A stretch of DNA of 64,000 nucleotides from Aquirufa sp. (GTDB taxonomy: Bacteria; Bacteroidota; Bacteroidia; Cytophagales; Spirosomataceae). The DNA is taken from contig JBBAKU010000005.1 of the NCBI GenBank assembly GCA_040403415.1, positions 49,398 to 113,397 of the forward strand, given 5' to 3'. How positions within the stretch are numbered: position 1 is the stretch's first letter; each line of letters opens with the position of its first letter. The notes under the pieces are model-generated. The model saw only the letters and a program-made list of their open reading frames with translations, searched no databases and was not told where the DNA came from. The position numbers were made by a program, and so were the translations under genes. Below are positions 54,555-63,981 of the stretch, in pieces.

Positions 54555-55046
54555 TTAGGATTTAGTGGATTTGGGCGTGTTTTTGGCAGCGGTTTTGGCA
54601 GCGGTTTGAATGGCTGACTTAATGCGAGAATAGGTCCCGCAACGGCAAATATTTCCGGACATATAATTCTCAATATCGGATTCTGATGGCTTGGGATTTG
54701 ATTTCAACAAAGCGGTGGCTGACATAATTTGGCCAGACTGGCAATAGCCACATTGCGGCACTTGGTGCTCAATCCAAGCCGCTTGAATGATTTTCTCTAA
54801 ACGCGTCGAAGCGCCCTCAATCGTGGTGATTTTCTGTTTCGCGGTGATGCTCCCTACCGGGGTTTGGCAAGAACGAATAGGTTGTCCATCTAGTTGCACA
54901 GTGCAGGCACCACACAGGCCCTGACCACAGCCAAATTTCGTTCCTTTCAATCCCACGATATCGCGGATCGCCCACAACAAGGGCATTTCTGGATCCACCT
55001 CGATGCGGTGAACTTGCTGATTAATCGACAGTTCGATTGTTTTCAT
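54555..55046 (-). CDS. iorA: (2Fe-2S)-binding subunit (IorA-like)
   Basis: GTKFGCGQGLCGAC, QCGYCQSG, NICRCGTY. Confidence 0.92.
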   Translation of the reverse strand: MKTIELSINQQVHRIEVDPEMPLLWAIRDIVGLKGTKFGCGQGLCGACTVQLDGQPIRSCQTPVGSITAKQKITTIEGASTRLEKIIQAAWIEHQVPQCGYCQSGQIMSATALLKSNPKPSESDIENYMSGNICRCGTYSRIKSAIQTAAKTAAKNTPKSTKS

Positions 55047-55105
55047 AGATGTAGAGAATTCGTCTGCTACTAAATTAGCTCCAAATTCTCTAAAATCGAT
55101 ACGCT

Positions 55106-55597
55106 TTATTGTCCTTTCTTCAAATGATCGTATTCCCGTTGTTCTAAAGATCCGACTTCAATTACATACGCTTTCAGGTATTGAATGGCTAAACCTATAC
55201 CCCAGCCTAACATGGGCCAGATAGGCCAAGGCAACACATTAAAGCGGATTTCTCCAGGCATCGTGATATACCAAATGATCCATAAAAAAGGGATTACAAC
55301 GGAATAAGCGCCAAAACTTCTCTTAAATTTCGCTCGCTTTCTCGCAATCGCCCACAATTGTTGGTCTGTACTTTCCATAATATTTCGTGTTTCAGTTTCC
55401 AGATCCGGAGCATACAACAAAGTCAAATTCGCCCCCAAGACATCGCCGATCGCATTCATCGAATACAGGCTAGGTTTACCCTCGTTGCGTTCCATGCGTT
55501 GAACGGTGCGCAAAGCGACGCCACTCTTTTCCGATAATTCGATTTGAGTGAGTCCTTTCGTGGTACGGATTTCTTTTAATTGTTCTCCAAAATTCAT
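55106..55597 (-). CDS. XRE HTH fused to a 2TM domain
   Basis: KGLTQIELSEKSGVALRTVQRME HTH; ARKRAKF...WPIWPMLGWGIGL 2TM signature. Confidence 0.82.
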   Translation of the reverse strand: MNFGEQLKEIRTTKGLTQIELSEKSGVALRTVQRMERNEGKPSLYSMNAIGDVLGANLTLLYAPDLETETRNIMESTDQQLWAIARKRAKFKRSFGAYSVVIPFLWIIWYITMPGEIRFNVLPWPIWPMLGWGIGLAIQYLKAYVIEVGSLEQREYDHLKKGQ

Positions 55598-55656
55598 GGG
55601 CCAAAATTGGGGTTTAAACTGGTCTTAACAAACGCCTTTCGTATGACTTCTTTGCG

Positions 55657-56304
55657 TCATCTTTTAAAATGCTCGATGGCTCTATGCGATCCATCGCAAC
55701 TGGGTTTTCGTTTCGTTAGGCCACAAATGCAGTCTGTTATTCCAATTCCTTTTAAGATATATTTCTCGTTTTTCTCAATACGCGAGGTACGCGTTTCGGA
55801 TTGTTTCCCGTCTGAAAAAAAGCGAAGATAGGCGCGCTGGCGGCCCGGGGTGAGTTTGTCGAAAGCTATTTTTAAGGCAGGTTTTTTATCAAAAATTGCC
55901 GTCAATTCTTCCGGATGAGGGATTTCCGTGGACTTTTCCATTTTCAAACCCATTTTCTCTACCTCAATGGCTTCTAGGATGTAGGCCTTGATGAGGTCTT
56001 CTTTGGCCAAAATCTGCTCCACCGAACTGAACTTCATCCAGCGACCTAATTGCGTGTGTTCGCCGGGTTTAATCAACAGCTTGTCCTCATCTTGCAATAA
56101 CGCACCGGTGAAAAAGTTCAAGGCGCAATGCTCTTTTAGGGGAGAAATAGCGATGAGGTTTTTCGTACCCACCATGTACACGGGTGTCCGCCACTTATAG
56201 GTTTCCACCAGCAAACAGTCGAGCAAAATGCGGCGCAAAAAGGCCATCTCCGCTGACCACTTGTCGGCACTTTGTATGAATTCGTCTACATTCGGATCTT
56301 TCAT
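55657..56304 (-). CDS. YdeI/OmpD-associated family protein with C-terminal CDGSH Fe-S motif
   Basis: KWRTPVY, FFTGALL.D, LTPGRQRAY, KQSETR; CICGLTKRKPSCDGSH. Confidence 0.88.
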   Translation of the reverse strand: MKDPNVDEFIQSADKWSAEMAFLRRILLDCLLVETYKWRTPVYMVGTKNLIAISPLKEHCALNFFTGALLQDEDKLLIKPGEHTQLGRWMKFSSVEQILAKEDLIKAYILEAIEVEKMGLKMEKSTEIPHPEELTAIFDKKPALKIAFDKLTPGRQRAYLRFFSDGKQSETRTSRIEKNEKYILKGIGITDCICGLTKRKPSCDGSHRAIEHFKR

Positions 56305-56358
56305 GTGATTAGAAATGGCTACAGTTTTGCTTTCCTATACAAAGAAAGAAAAAATCCT

Positions 56359-58362
56359 ATGAAATCTCGTGTGCTTATTGCCTTGCTTTTTGCTTCTAGT
56401 TCTTTACTAGCCCAAACGCAACCCGTCATTGTCGCTATGAAAACACCTACTTTACGGGTAGGTAAATTGTCCTTTAAAGACTTAAACAAGAACAATAAAC
56501 TAGACAAATACGAAGACTGGCGCTTGCCTGTGGACGTGCGTGTGAAGGATTTAGTTTCCCAAATGACCGTCGAGGAAAAACTCGGTTTCATGCTGATCAG
56601 CACGACGCGCATGGGCGGGGACCAGGTATTCGCGAATGGAGTGCAGGGAGGAGGCCCTAAAACGCCTATCACCGAAGGATTTAATGAAGAGGATTTAGTC
56701 CAAACGACAAATATGTTCACCCGCAAGCCGTTAGGCGCTCCCAATATGTCTGCGGCGGGAACCACCAAAGGGGTGACACAATACCACCTGCGCCATTTCA
56801 TTTTACGTGCCAATGCATCGCCTGAGATTATGGCCAAATGGTCCAATAACTTGCAAGAACTTTGCGAGTCCACTCGTCTAGGAATTCCGGCGATTGTTGC
56901 TTCGAATCCCCGTAACCATGTGACGACGGATGCGTCTGTTGGTTTAAGTGTGGGCGTTACGGCATTTTCTAAATGGCCAGGTGAATTAGGTTTAGCGGCG
57001 ATGCGCGACTTTGAGTTAACCCGTAAGTTTGCGGAAACGGCTTCAGCCGAATGGCGTTCGGTGGGTCTTCGCAAAGGCTATATGTATATGGCGGATTTAG
57101 CGACTGAACCACGCTGGGGTCGGGTGGAAGGAACATTTGGGGAAGATGCGGATTTGACTTCGAAGATGATTACAGAAATCGTTTTAGGCTTCCAAGGAAA
57201 TAAACTTTCACCATCTTCCGTAGCGATGACTACGAAACACTTCCCAGGCGGTGGCCCGCAAGTGGACGGACAAGATTCACACTTTGATTGGGGCAAGTTT
57301 GCGCATTACCCTGGGGGTATGTTCGATTACCACGTAAAGCCATTTAAGGCAGCGATTGCCGCCGGAACTTCTGCGATCATGCCGTATTATTCTGCTCCAA
57401 AAGGAAAGGAATTCGAGGAGGTGGGATTCTCGTATAACAAAGCGATGATCGGTGATTTATTGCAAGATAAATTAGGCTTCCACGGAATCATCAATTCGGA
57501 TACGGGTCCTATCGAAATGATGCCTTGGGGTGTGGAAAATATCAGCATTCCTGAGCGCTATAAAAAAGCGTTGAATGCTGGGGTTGATATCTTCTCTGGA
57601 GCGGCAGATCCTACGACCTTGATAGAAGTGGTGAAGACTGGATTGGTTTCAGAAGAGCGTATTAATCAATCGGTGGCGAAATTATTAAAAGAGAAATTCG
57701 ACTTAGGTCTTTTTGAGAATCCGTATGTGAATGTGGAGGACGCTGTGAAAACAGTGGGTAACAAAGAAGCGGTGGCTGCTGCGGATTTAGCTTTGCGCAA
57801 ATCGATTGTCTTATTACGCAACGACGATAAGCGTTTACCTTTAGCGAAGAAGACCAAAGTGTACTTCGAGACGTATTTCCAGTCCGGCCGAAACGCAGGT
57901 GAAGCGATCAAGGTATCGAAACCTAATTATCCTGGTTTAGAATTCGTATCCACGAAGGAAGAGGCGGATGTGGTTTTATTGTGGTTAGTTCCTACTTCAG
58001 GAGGATTATTCAGCTCGCAGGGTTCGAAAATCGATTTAAATCTATCTAAGAATCGCATCGATGTGAATCATGTGAATGAGGTATTGAATGCCAAACCGAC
58101 GATCGTGGCGATCAATTACACGAACCCTTGGGTAATAGAAGAAATTGATAAGGGAAAGGCTTCTTCGATCATTGCAACTTTTGGAACGACGCAAGATGCG
58201 CTTCTTGATATCGTGACAGGAGCCTATAGACCTACAGGAAAAATGCCATTTACGACTCCCGTAAATCAGGCGGCGGTAGAGGCGAATAAATCAGACGTTC
58301 CGGGCTATATGGAAGGTCCGGGTTATGGCTTGTTTGCCTTTGGGCATGGATTGAGTTATTAG
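56359..58362 (+). CDS. Glycoside hydrolase family 3
   Basis: KDLNKNNKLDKYEDWR, EPRWGR, TKHFPG, nucleophile NSDT, FGHGLSY. Confidence 0.92.
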   Translation: MKSRVLIALLFASSSLLAQTQPVIVAMKTPTLRVGKLSFKDLNKNNKLDKYEDWRLPVDVRVKDLVSQMTVEEKLGFMLISTTRMGGDQVFANGVQGGGPKTPITEGFNEEDLVQTTNMFTRKPLGAPNMSAAGTTKGVTQYHLRHFILRANASPEIMAKWSNNLQELCESTRLGIPAIVASNPRNHVTTDASVGLSVGVTAFSKWPGELGLAAMRDFELTRKFAETASAEWRSVGLRKGYMYMADLATEPRWGRVEGTFGEDADLTSKMITEIVLGFQGNKLSPSSVAMTTKHFPGGGPQVDGQDSHFDWGKFAHYPGGMFDYHVKPFKAAIAAGTSAIMPYYSAPKGKEFEEVGFSYNKAMIGDLLQDKLGFHGIINSDTGPIEMMPWGVENISIPERYKKALNAGVDIFSGAADPTTLIEVVKTGLVSEERINQSVAKLLKEKFDLGLFENPYVNVEDAVKTVGNKEAVAAADLALRKSIVLLRNDDKRLPLAKKTKVYFETYFQSGRNAGEAIKVSKPNYPGLEFVSTKEEADVVLLWLVPTSGGLFSSQGSKIDLNLSKNRIDVNHVNEVLNAKPTIVAINYTNPWVIEEIDKGKASSIIATFGTTQDALLDIVTGAYRPTGKMPFTTPVNQAAVEANKSDVPGYMEGPGYGLFAFGHGLSY

Positions 58363-58368
58363 AAGAAG

Positions 58369-58391
58369 GGGGCAGAAATGCCCCATTTTTT
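58369..58391 (+). terminator. Intrinsic terminator
   Basis: GGGGCA-GAAA-TGCCCC followed by ATTTTTT. Confidence 0.7.
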
Positions 58392-58419
58392 ATATCTTTG
58401 GTTCAGAACATTGCTAGCT

Positions 58420-58908
58420 ATGAACCCACACTTCCCCGCCTTCAAGCGCATCATCACGAATCCGGTATTATTCAAGTTTTTTGTTTTCCAAAAACTGTCA
58501 GCGGCCTTTTGGGCAGGTCTGTCCATGGCTCATCTCGATGAAGAATCGTGTGGGGTACGGGTGAAGCTTTCGTGGTTTAATCAGAATCCCTTTCGTTCCA
58601 TGTATTTCGCCGTGGAGGCGATGGCGGCGGAGATGAGTTGTGGGATGTTGGCTTTTGGGCAGGTATATAAGCGACAGCCGGCAGTGAGTATGTTAGTGGA
58701 AAAGCTGGAGGCGAAGTTCGTCAAGAAGGCGACCGGGGTGATTATTTTTACCTGTGCCGATGGGCTTGCTTTCCAACAAGTGGTGAATGATGCCCTTGAA
58801 AATAAAGAGGGCTCGAAGCTCCTCTCTACTTCCATTGGTAAAAATCAGGCGGGTGAAATCGTGGCTGAATTCCAGTTCACGTGGACCTTTAAAGCGAAAA
58901 ACTTATAG
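58420..58908 (+). CDS. DUF4442 / hotdog-fold thioesterase-like protein
   Basis: NQNPFRSMYFA..MAAEMS.G, F.KKATG; -7 element TATCTTTG at 58393-58400. Confidence 0.85.
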   Translation: MNPHFPAFKRIITNPVLFKFFVFQKLSAAFWAGLSMAHLDEESCGVRVKLSWFNQNPFRSMYFAVEAMAAEMSCGMLAFGQVYKRQPAVSMLVEKLEAKFVKKATGVIIFTCADGLAFQQVVNDALENKEGSKLLSTSIGKNQAGEIVAEFQFTWTFKAKNL

Positions 58909-59535
58909 GTTGTATTTCAAGCCAACGGTACTGATAACTTGACCGTCTGTAATCGTATAATTGCCAAAGGCTTTGGCCTGAAAATGGGAATTAATGTCAT
59001 AGGTAATCGTCTCAGCAACGCCCGTTAAATCCCCCACAGTTAAGTAATATCCTTGCGTTAAAAATCCCCAGTTCTTGTGGCGGTAATTCGTATTTCCGGA
59101 AATCAACGTCACTTTAAAGTCTGAATTCCGAGCGTTTCCATTCAAGATAAAAGAACCGATACTCATCTTTTTGCTGACAGGATAAGAGAGCGTCAATTCA
59201 CGACCAAAGAAACTCGTCACCGCATAGTCTTCCGTCATTTGAAATGCAGGGATATGGATTCCAGCTGTCGCCTTAAATTTCTTGTCGATAAACCGGTAGC
59301 GTGTAAATAAGGCCACCGTCGTAGGTGTCATACTCTTCATACGCATCATGTACATCAATGAACCTGTTAAACGTTTCTTAGGATTCGTCCCAGCATTGAT
59401 GATAATATTAGGTTCTTTCGAAGTGAAAGCAGGGATAAAAGAGAAGCCTCCGGTGCTCACTTCGATGCTTCCTGTTTGGGCATTCAGGGTGCTGGTCGCG
59501 AAGAGGATAAAGCAAAGTGTTATAAATTGTTTCAT
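58903..59535 (-). CDS. Hypothetical outer-membrane beta-barrel-like protein
   Basis: Signal peptide LNA-Q; C-terminal VGLKYNL; -7 element TACCTTTG at 59564-59571 (minus). Confidence 0.65.
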   Translation of the reverse strand: MKQFITLCFILFATSTLNAQTGSIEVSTGGFSFIPAFTSKEPNIIINAGTNPKKRLTGSLMYMMRMKSMTPTTVALFTRYRFIDKKFKATAGIHIPAFQMTEDYAVTSFFGRELTLSYPVSKKMSIGSFILNGNARNSDFKVTLISGNTNYRHKNWGFLTQGYYLTVGDLTGVAETITYDINSHFQAKAFGNYTITDGQVISTVGLKYNL

Positions 59536-59620
59536 TTTGATACATTAAGGTTAAAAACCGGTGCAAAGGTACGCTTTTTCTTTCTGAAAACATCCTATGG
59601 GTTTTTTCAGTTAGTATTTA

Positions 59621-61084
59621 ATGGCCAAACCCCCTATCAACATCGTCTGGTTCAAACGTGACCTCCGCTTTACGGACCACGAGCCTTTGTACCGGGCTTT
59701 GGATTCTGATATACCGGTGTTTTTGGTTTATTTCTTCGAGCCATCCCTGATCGCATTCCCAGACAGTGATGTCCGCCATTGGCGATTTATCCATGAATCT
59801 TTAGTCGAGATGCAGGGGCGATTAGAGGACCGAAACGGAATCCTTTACCTCTTTCATTCTGAGGTTTTGCCGGTGTTTCAGGCGCTATCGGATCAATATG
59901 AAATTCGCCAAATTTTCTCCCATCAGGAGATTGGAAATGATTTGAGTTTTCAACGGGACAAAGCGGTATCGGCTTTTTGCTCGAGTGCCAGAATTACCTG
60001 GAACGAAACGCCCACAGGCGGCGTGATTCGCCGCTTGAAATCGCGGAAAATGTGGCAACAACGCTGGGAAGAAACCATGCGGCACGAGCCCTATTTTGTG
60101 AGAGAGGATAACTGGAATTTGCTGCGTTTGTCTCCTGAATTTTATGATGCTTTTAAAGGTCCAGAACTGCCACTTGCGTTTAAAACCAGGAATCCCGTTT
60201 TCCAAGAAGGCGGCGAATACTGGGGCTGGAAATACCTGAAAAGTTTCATCGAATCGAGGCACAAAGATTATAGCTTTTCCATCAGCAAACCTGAGGCGAG
60301 TAGACGCGGATGCAGCCGGATTTCTCCTTATTTAGCCTACGGAAATATCAGCATGCGGATGGCTCATACGTTCACGATGCAGCATTATAAGACCGCTGCC
60401 AACAAACGGGCACTTTCCAATTTTACTTCTCGCCTACACTGGCAAGGGCATTTCATGCAGAAGTTTGAGGATGAATCGCGGATGGAATTTGAGCCCGTGA
60501 ATAAGGCCTATCAAGCCCTAGAGAAAGACCGCGATGAGTTCTTGATTCAAGCATGGCAAGAAGGTAAAACAGGGGTTCCCCTCATCGATGCGTGTATGCG
60601 TTGTGTGGTCGCAACAGGTTATTTAAACTTCCGCATGCGGGCAATGGTCGTATCCTTTTTTGTGTTTAATCTATGGCAGGATTGGCGGAATTTAGCGCAT
60701 TTTCTAGCTCGACAATTTCTTGATTACGAACCCGGTATTCATTACCCACAAATCCAAATGCAGGCTGGCGTAACCGGCATTAATACAATCCGAATTTATA
60801 ACCCGATTAAGAATTCTTACGCCCATGATCCAGATGGAATTTTCATTAAAAAATGGGTGCCCGAATTAGCGTCGATTCCGCCTACCTTGATTCACGAACC
60901 TTGGAAATTAAGTGACATGGAACAGACTCTGTATGGGGTGAAAATAGGGGTGGATTATCCCGCTCCGGTCGTGGATTTAAGTGCGACAAGAAAGACGGCG
61001 TCGGATCAAGTTTGGGCGATGCGGAAAACGAAAAAGGCCCGGCAAGAGGGGGCGCGAATCCTCCAAAAACACGTGAACAAATGA
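59621..61084 (+). CDS. Cryptochrome/photolyase family protein (atypical FAD pocket)
   Basis: [49 protein letters not shown]. Confidence 0.9.
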   Translation: MAKPPINIVWFKRDLRFTDHEPLYRALDSDIPVFLVYFFEPSLIAFPDSDVRHWRFIHESLVEMQGRLEDRNGILYLFHSEVLPVFQALSDQYEIRQIFSHQEIGNDLSFQRDKAVSAFCSSARITWNETPTGGVIRRLKSRKMWQQRWEETMRHEPYFVREDNWNLLRLSPEFYDAFKGPELPLAFKTRNPVFQEGGEYWGWKYLKSFIESRHKDYSFSISKPEASRRGCSRISPYLAYGNISMRMAHTFTMQHYKTAANKRALSNFTSRLHWQGHFMQKFEDESRMEFEPVNKAYQALEKDRDEFLIQAWQEGKTGVPLIDACMRCVVATGYLNFRMRAMVVSFFVFNLWQDWRNLAHFLARQFLDYEPGIHYPQIQMQAGVTGINTIRIYNPIKNSYAHDPDGIFIKKWVPELASIPPTLIHEPWKLSDMEQTLYGVKIGVDYPAPVVDLSATRKTASDQVWAMRKTKKARQEGARILQKHVNK

Positions 61085-62520
61085 GCGCATTCCTGATCTT
61101 TCCACATCAATTGTTTGAAGAAACACTCGCACAAAAAGCAGATGTGTTTTACCTCGTAGAATCCGATTTATTCTTCAAACAATACGCCTTTCACAAACAA
61201 AAAATACTCTTCCACCGGGCGAGCATGCGCGCCTTTGCAGACCGACTTCGCGCGGCTGGAAAAACGGTGGAATACATTGATGCGCAAGATCCACGGGCTT
61301 CAGAAGTTGCGCTGGTTTCTTCCATCGAAGGCGCGATATGCTTGTTCGATCCGAATGATTACTTGCTAGAACGCCGTCTTAGACGCACAGGTGAAATTCA
61401 CTTGCTAGCAAGCCCGAATTTCCTCAATACCGACACCTCACTGCTCGGTACACGCAAGACCTATTTTCAGACAGCTTTCTATACCCAGCAGCGTAAAGAC
61501 CGCGCAATTCTACTCGAGGAAGACGGGAAGCCGATGGGCGGGCAATGGACTTTTGATGCGGATAACCGCAAGAAAATACCGAAGAATACCTTTATTCCAG
61601 CACCCTTTCCAGAAACTGTTCCGAATGAGTATATTCTGGAGGCAATCGACTATGTTGCTAGGCATTTTCCGAACAATCCAGGTTCTTCCGAGCGCCCATT
61701 TTCGGGAGCTTATTACCCCGTGACGCACGCGGAAGCGCAGTCCGCTTTGGATCAATTCATCCAGGAACGGATTCCGCTTTTTGGAGATTACGAAGACGCC
61801 ATTAAGGCGCAAGAAAAGACCTTGTTTCACAGTATTTTAAGCCCACTTATTAACGTGGGATTACTGAATCCGGCACAAGTAATCGAGCGCGTTGCGGCTT
61901 CCGCTGCGCCCTTGAATAGCGTGGAGGGATTCATTCGCCAGGTCGTAGGTTGGCGGGAATTTGTGCAGTTATTGTATCGGAAAATCGGGGTTCAACAGCG
62001 TACGGCGAATTATTGGGGATTTACGAAAGAGATGCCCGCGGCCTTTTACACGGGAACAACGGGAGTGGAACCCATCGACCAAACGATTCGCAAACTCTTA
62101 AAAACGGGCTATAATCACCACATCGAACGCCTGATGGTGCTGGGCAATTTTATGTTATTGTGCGAAATCAAACCCGATGCGGTTTATCGCTGGTTCATGG
62201 AACTGTACATCGATGCATTCGATTGGGTGATGGTGCCTAATATTTATGGGATGTCACAATTCAGCGATGGGGGATTGATGACCACGAAACCCTATATCTG
62301 TGGGTCTAATTATATCTTGAAAATGAGCGATTACCCGAAGGGCGATTGGCAGGAGATTTGGGATGGATTGTTTTGGCGATTCTTAGATAAACAACGCGAA
62401 ACGTTCCGTAAAAATCCGCGCTGGGCGATGCTGATCAGTACCTGGGACAAGATGCCTTTGGAAAAAAGAGAAGCCCACCTTGCGCGCGCGGAGACTTTTT
62501 TAGCTCAGTTGTCGGCTTAA
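61081..62520 (+). CDS. PhrB/CryB-type (6-4) photolyase-related protein lacking Fe-S cysteines
   Basis: [57 protein letters not shown]. Confidence 0.9.
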   Translation: MSAFLIFPHQLFEETLAQKADVFYLVESDLFFKQYAFHKQKILFHRASMRAFADRLRAAGKTVEYIDAQDPRASEVALVSSIEGAICLFDPNDYLLERRLRRTGEIHLLASPNFLNTDTSLLGTRKTYFQTAFYTQQRKDRAILLEEDGKPMGGQWTFDADNRKKIPKNTFIPAPFPETVPNEYILEAIDYVARHFPNNPGSSERPFSGAYYPVTHAEAQSALDQFIQERIPLFGDYEDAIKAQEKTLFHSILSPLINVGLLNPAQVIERVAASAAPLNSVEGFIRQVVGWREFVQLLYRKIGVQQRTANYWGFTKEMPAAFYTGTTGVEPIDQTIRKLLKTGYNHHIERLMVLGNFMLLCEIKPDAVYRWFMELYIDAFDWVMVPNIYGMSQFSDGGLMTTKPYICGSNYILKMSDYPKGDWQEIWDGLFWRFLDKQRETFRKNPRWAMLISTWDKMPLEKREAHLARAETFLAQLSA

Positions 62521-63576
62521 TTTATTCCAAAACGAAAAGAAGCTATTGAACTCCCCTTGCAGACCTGGAGCTAAACTCGGATGCACTTCACGAACACCTT
62601 GAAAATGGGCATTGATCGGGTGATCACGGAAAATACCTTTCAAATTAAGGTCCGCATATTCCCCATAATAGACTTGAATGCCCGGTATATTTTCAGCCAG
62701 CGATAGGATGAACTCGATCGTCTTAGGCGCCATCGGGTGCTTCGCAAAATGGCTCGGTTCTAAGACCAAAATCCGGTTGCCGGCTTCGCCCTCGTGGAAC
62801 GTGGCATCCAATGTGTAATGGGTGTAGATGAAGGTGGGAATTCCATCGATTAATTCCAGCGGTTTCGTCGTGGGCGGGGTAAACAGAAGTGAAGCTTCAA
62901 CCGATCGTTGTAAATGATCGGGAACCGATTGCGAAGGCAAATCCTCGTAATCAAAATCCAAGAAAGTCCCTCTTTGCTGACTCCCCGTATAGCGATTAAT
63001 ATTCTCCTGATTCGCGTAATACAACTTAGTACTGAACGTACCGGCGCACCATTGCCAACTCAGCGCGTTGCTCGCTAAATCGCCGTCCAATAAATGGTAA
63101 TACATCCATTGGGCAGGTTCTAACCAGTGGTATTTAGCCACATTACAAATCGTCGCGGCGAGGTACATTCGGAGGTGATTGTGCAGGTATCCTTTTTCAG
63201 CAAATGTGGCTAAATGAGCATCCAAGGCCTTGATTCCGGTCGTCGATTGCAACACCGCGCGAGGGATACCAAAACGCTCAATTCCCTCTTGTGGATGGCG
63301 AATATCTTCGAAAATAGCATCGCCTTTTTGAAACCAAGTGCGCGTATAAAACTCCCTCCAGGCTAATTCTTGGATGAATTTTTCGCCTTGAGCTAAACCA
63401 ATTCCGCGGTCTTTTAATCGTTTCACTACTTGGGGAACGGTGATAAATCCACGCGATAAATAGGGGGAAAGATAGGAAACACCTCCGGTTATGAAATTCC
63501 GGCTTCGTGCATACTTTTCTGGATCAAATTGATCGATACGTTCATAAACGGCGGCAAGGTTCGTGGGGAAATTCAT
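62500..63576 (-). CDS. Short photolyase with N-terminal FAD domain (NewPHL-like inverted topology)
   Basis: Begins YARSRNF..VSYLSPYL; QELAWRE, GYLHNHLRM, LLDGDLASNALSWQW; no N-terminal antenna domain. Confidence 0.85.
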   Translation of the reverse strand: MNFPTNLAAVYERIDQFDPEKYARSRNFITGGVSYLSPYLSRGFITVPQVVKRLKDRGIGLAQGEKFIQELAWREFYTRTWFQKGDAIFEDIRHPQEGIERFGIPRAVLQSTTGIKALDAHLATFAEKGYLHNHLRMYLAATICNVAKYHWLEPAQWMYYHLLDGDLASNALSWQWCAGTFSTKLYYANQENINRYTGSQQRGTFLDFDYEDLPSQSVPDHLQRSVEASLLFTPPTTKPLELIDGIPTFIYTHYTLDATFHEGEAGNRILVLEPSHFAKHPMAPKTIEFILSLAENIPGIQVYYGEYADLNLKGIFRDHPINAHFQGVREVHPSLAPGLQGEFNSFFSFWNKLSRQLS

Positions 63577-63872
63577 TAGCGCTTACTGATTTTATTCAGG
63601 CTGATGCTGCGTTGCAGCGTGCATTTGAAACGGGGATCTACAGCCACGCGTTTTTGCAGATGTTTAGTGCCGCGACCAGTCATTCGCTTGCGCCACATGC
63701 GGAAACTGGAATCTTTGCTATTCAAACGCATGAATTCGATGACCTCTTTTTCCTTTAGGCCAAACTGAAATTCGATCGCCTCAAAAGGCGTGCGATCTTC
63801 CCAGGCCATTTGAATAATGCGGTCAATATCTTCGTCCGAAAACTTATTTGCTACGTCTACACTTTTCACCAC
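63576..63872 (-). CDS. TIGR03643/DUF2805 family protein
   Basis: IDRIIQMAWEDRTPFEAI..QFGL.E.EVI..MR...SFRMWRKR..GR.TKH. Confidence 0.88.
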   Translation of the reverse strand: MVKSVDVANKFSDEDIDRIIQMAWEDRTPFEAIEFQFGLKEKEVIEFMRLNSKDSSFRMWRKRMTGRGTKHLQKRVAVDPRFKCTLQRSISLNKISKR

Positions 63873-63981
63873 AATAGATGATTTGGTCCCAATTCTTCTC
63901 CCACTTCTTGCGCCAGGCGAAAGGGCGATTACAGATGGGACAGGTTTTGGAGGGTAAATGTTGTTTTTTAACGCCTTGCAT
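63844..63981 (-). CDS. DUF2256 family small Cys-rich protein (45 aa, not in ORF track)
   Basis: MQGVKKQHLPSKTCPICNRPFAWRKKWEKNWDQIIYCGEKCRRSK*. Confidence 0.9.
   Translation of the reverse strand: MQGVKKQHLPSKTCPICNRPFAWRKKWEKNWDQIIYCGEKCRRSK

Noticed and set aside
56319-57074. 251-aa antisense ORF, and the many other 60-175 aa antisense or alternate-frame ORFs in the track (for example 47060-47575, 48805-49323, 7676-8200)
   Set aside because: They overlap well-supported genes, have no recognisable motifs and are the expected shadows of codon bias
62500-63576. Truncated photolyase pseudogene
   Set aside because: Intact ORF with a coupled start, complete FAD motifs and an extra C-terminal domain
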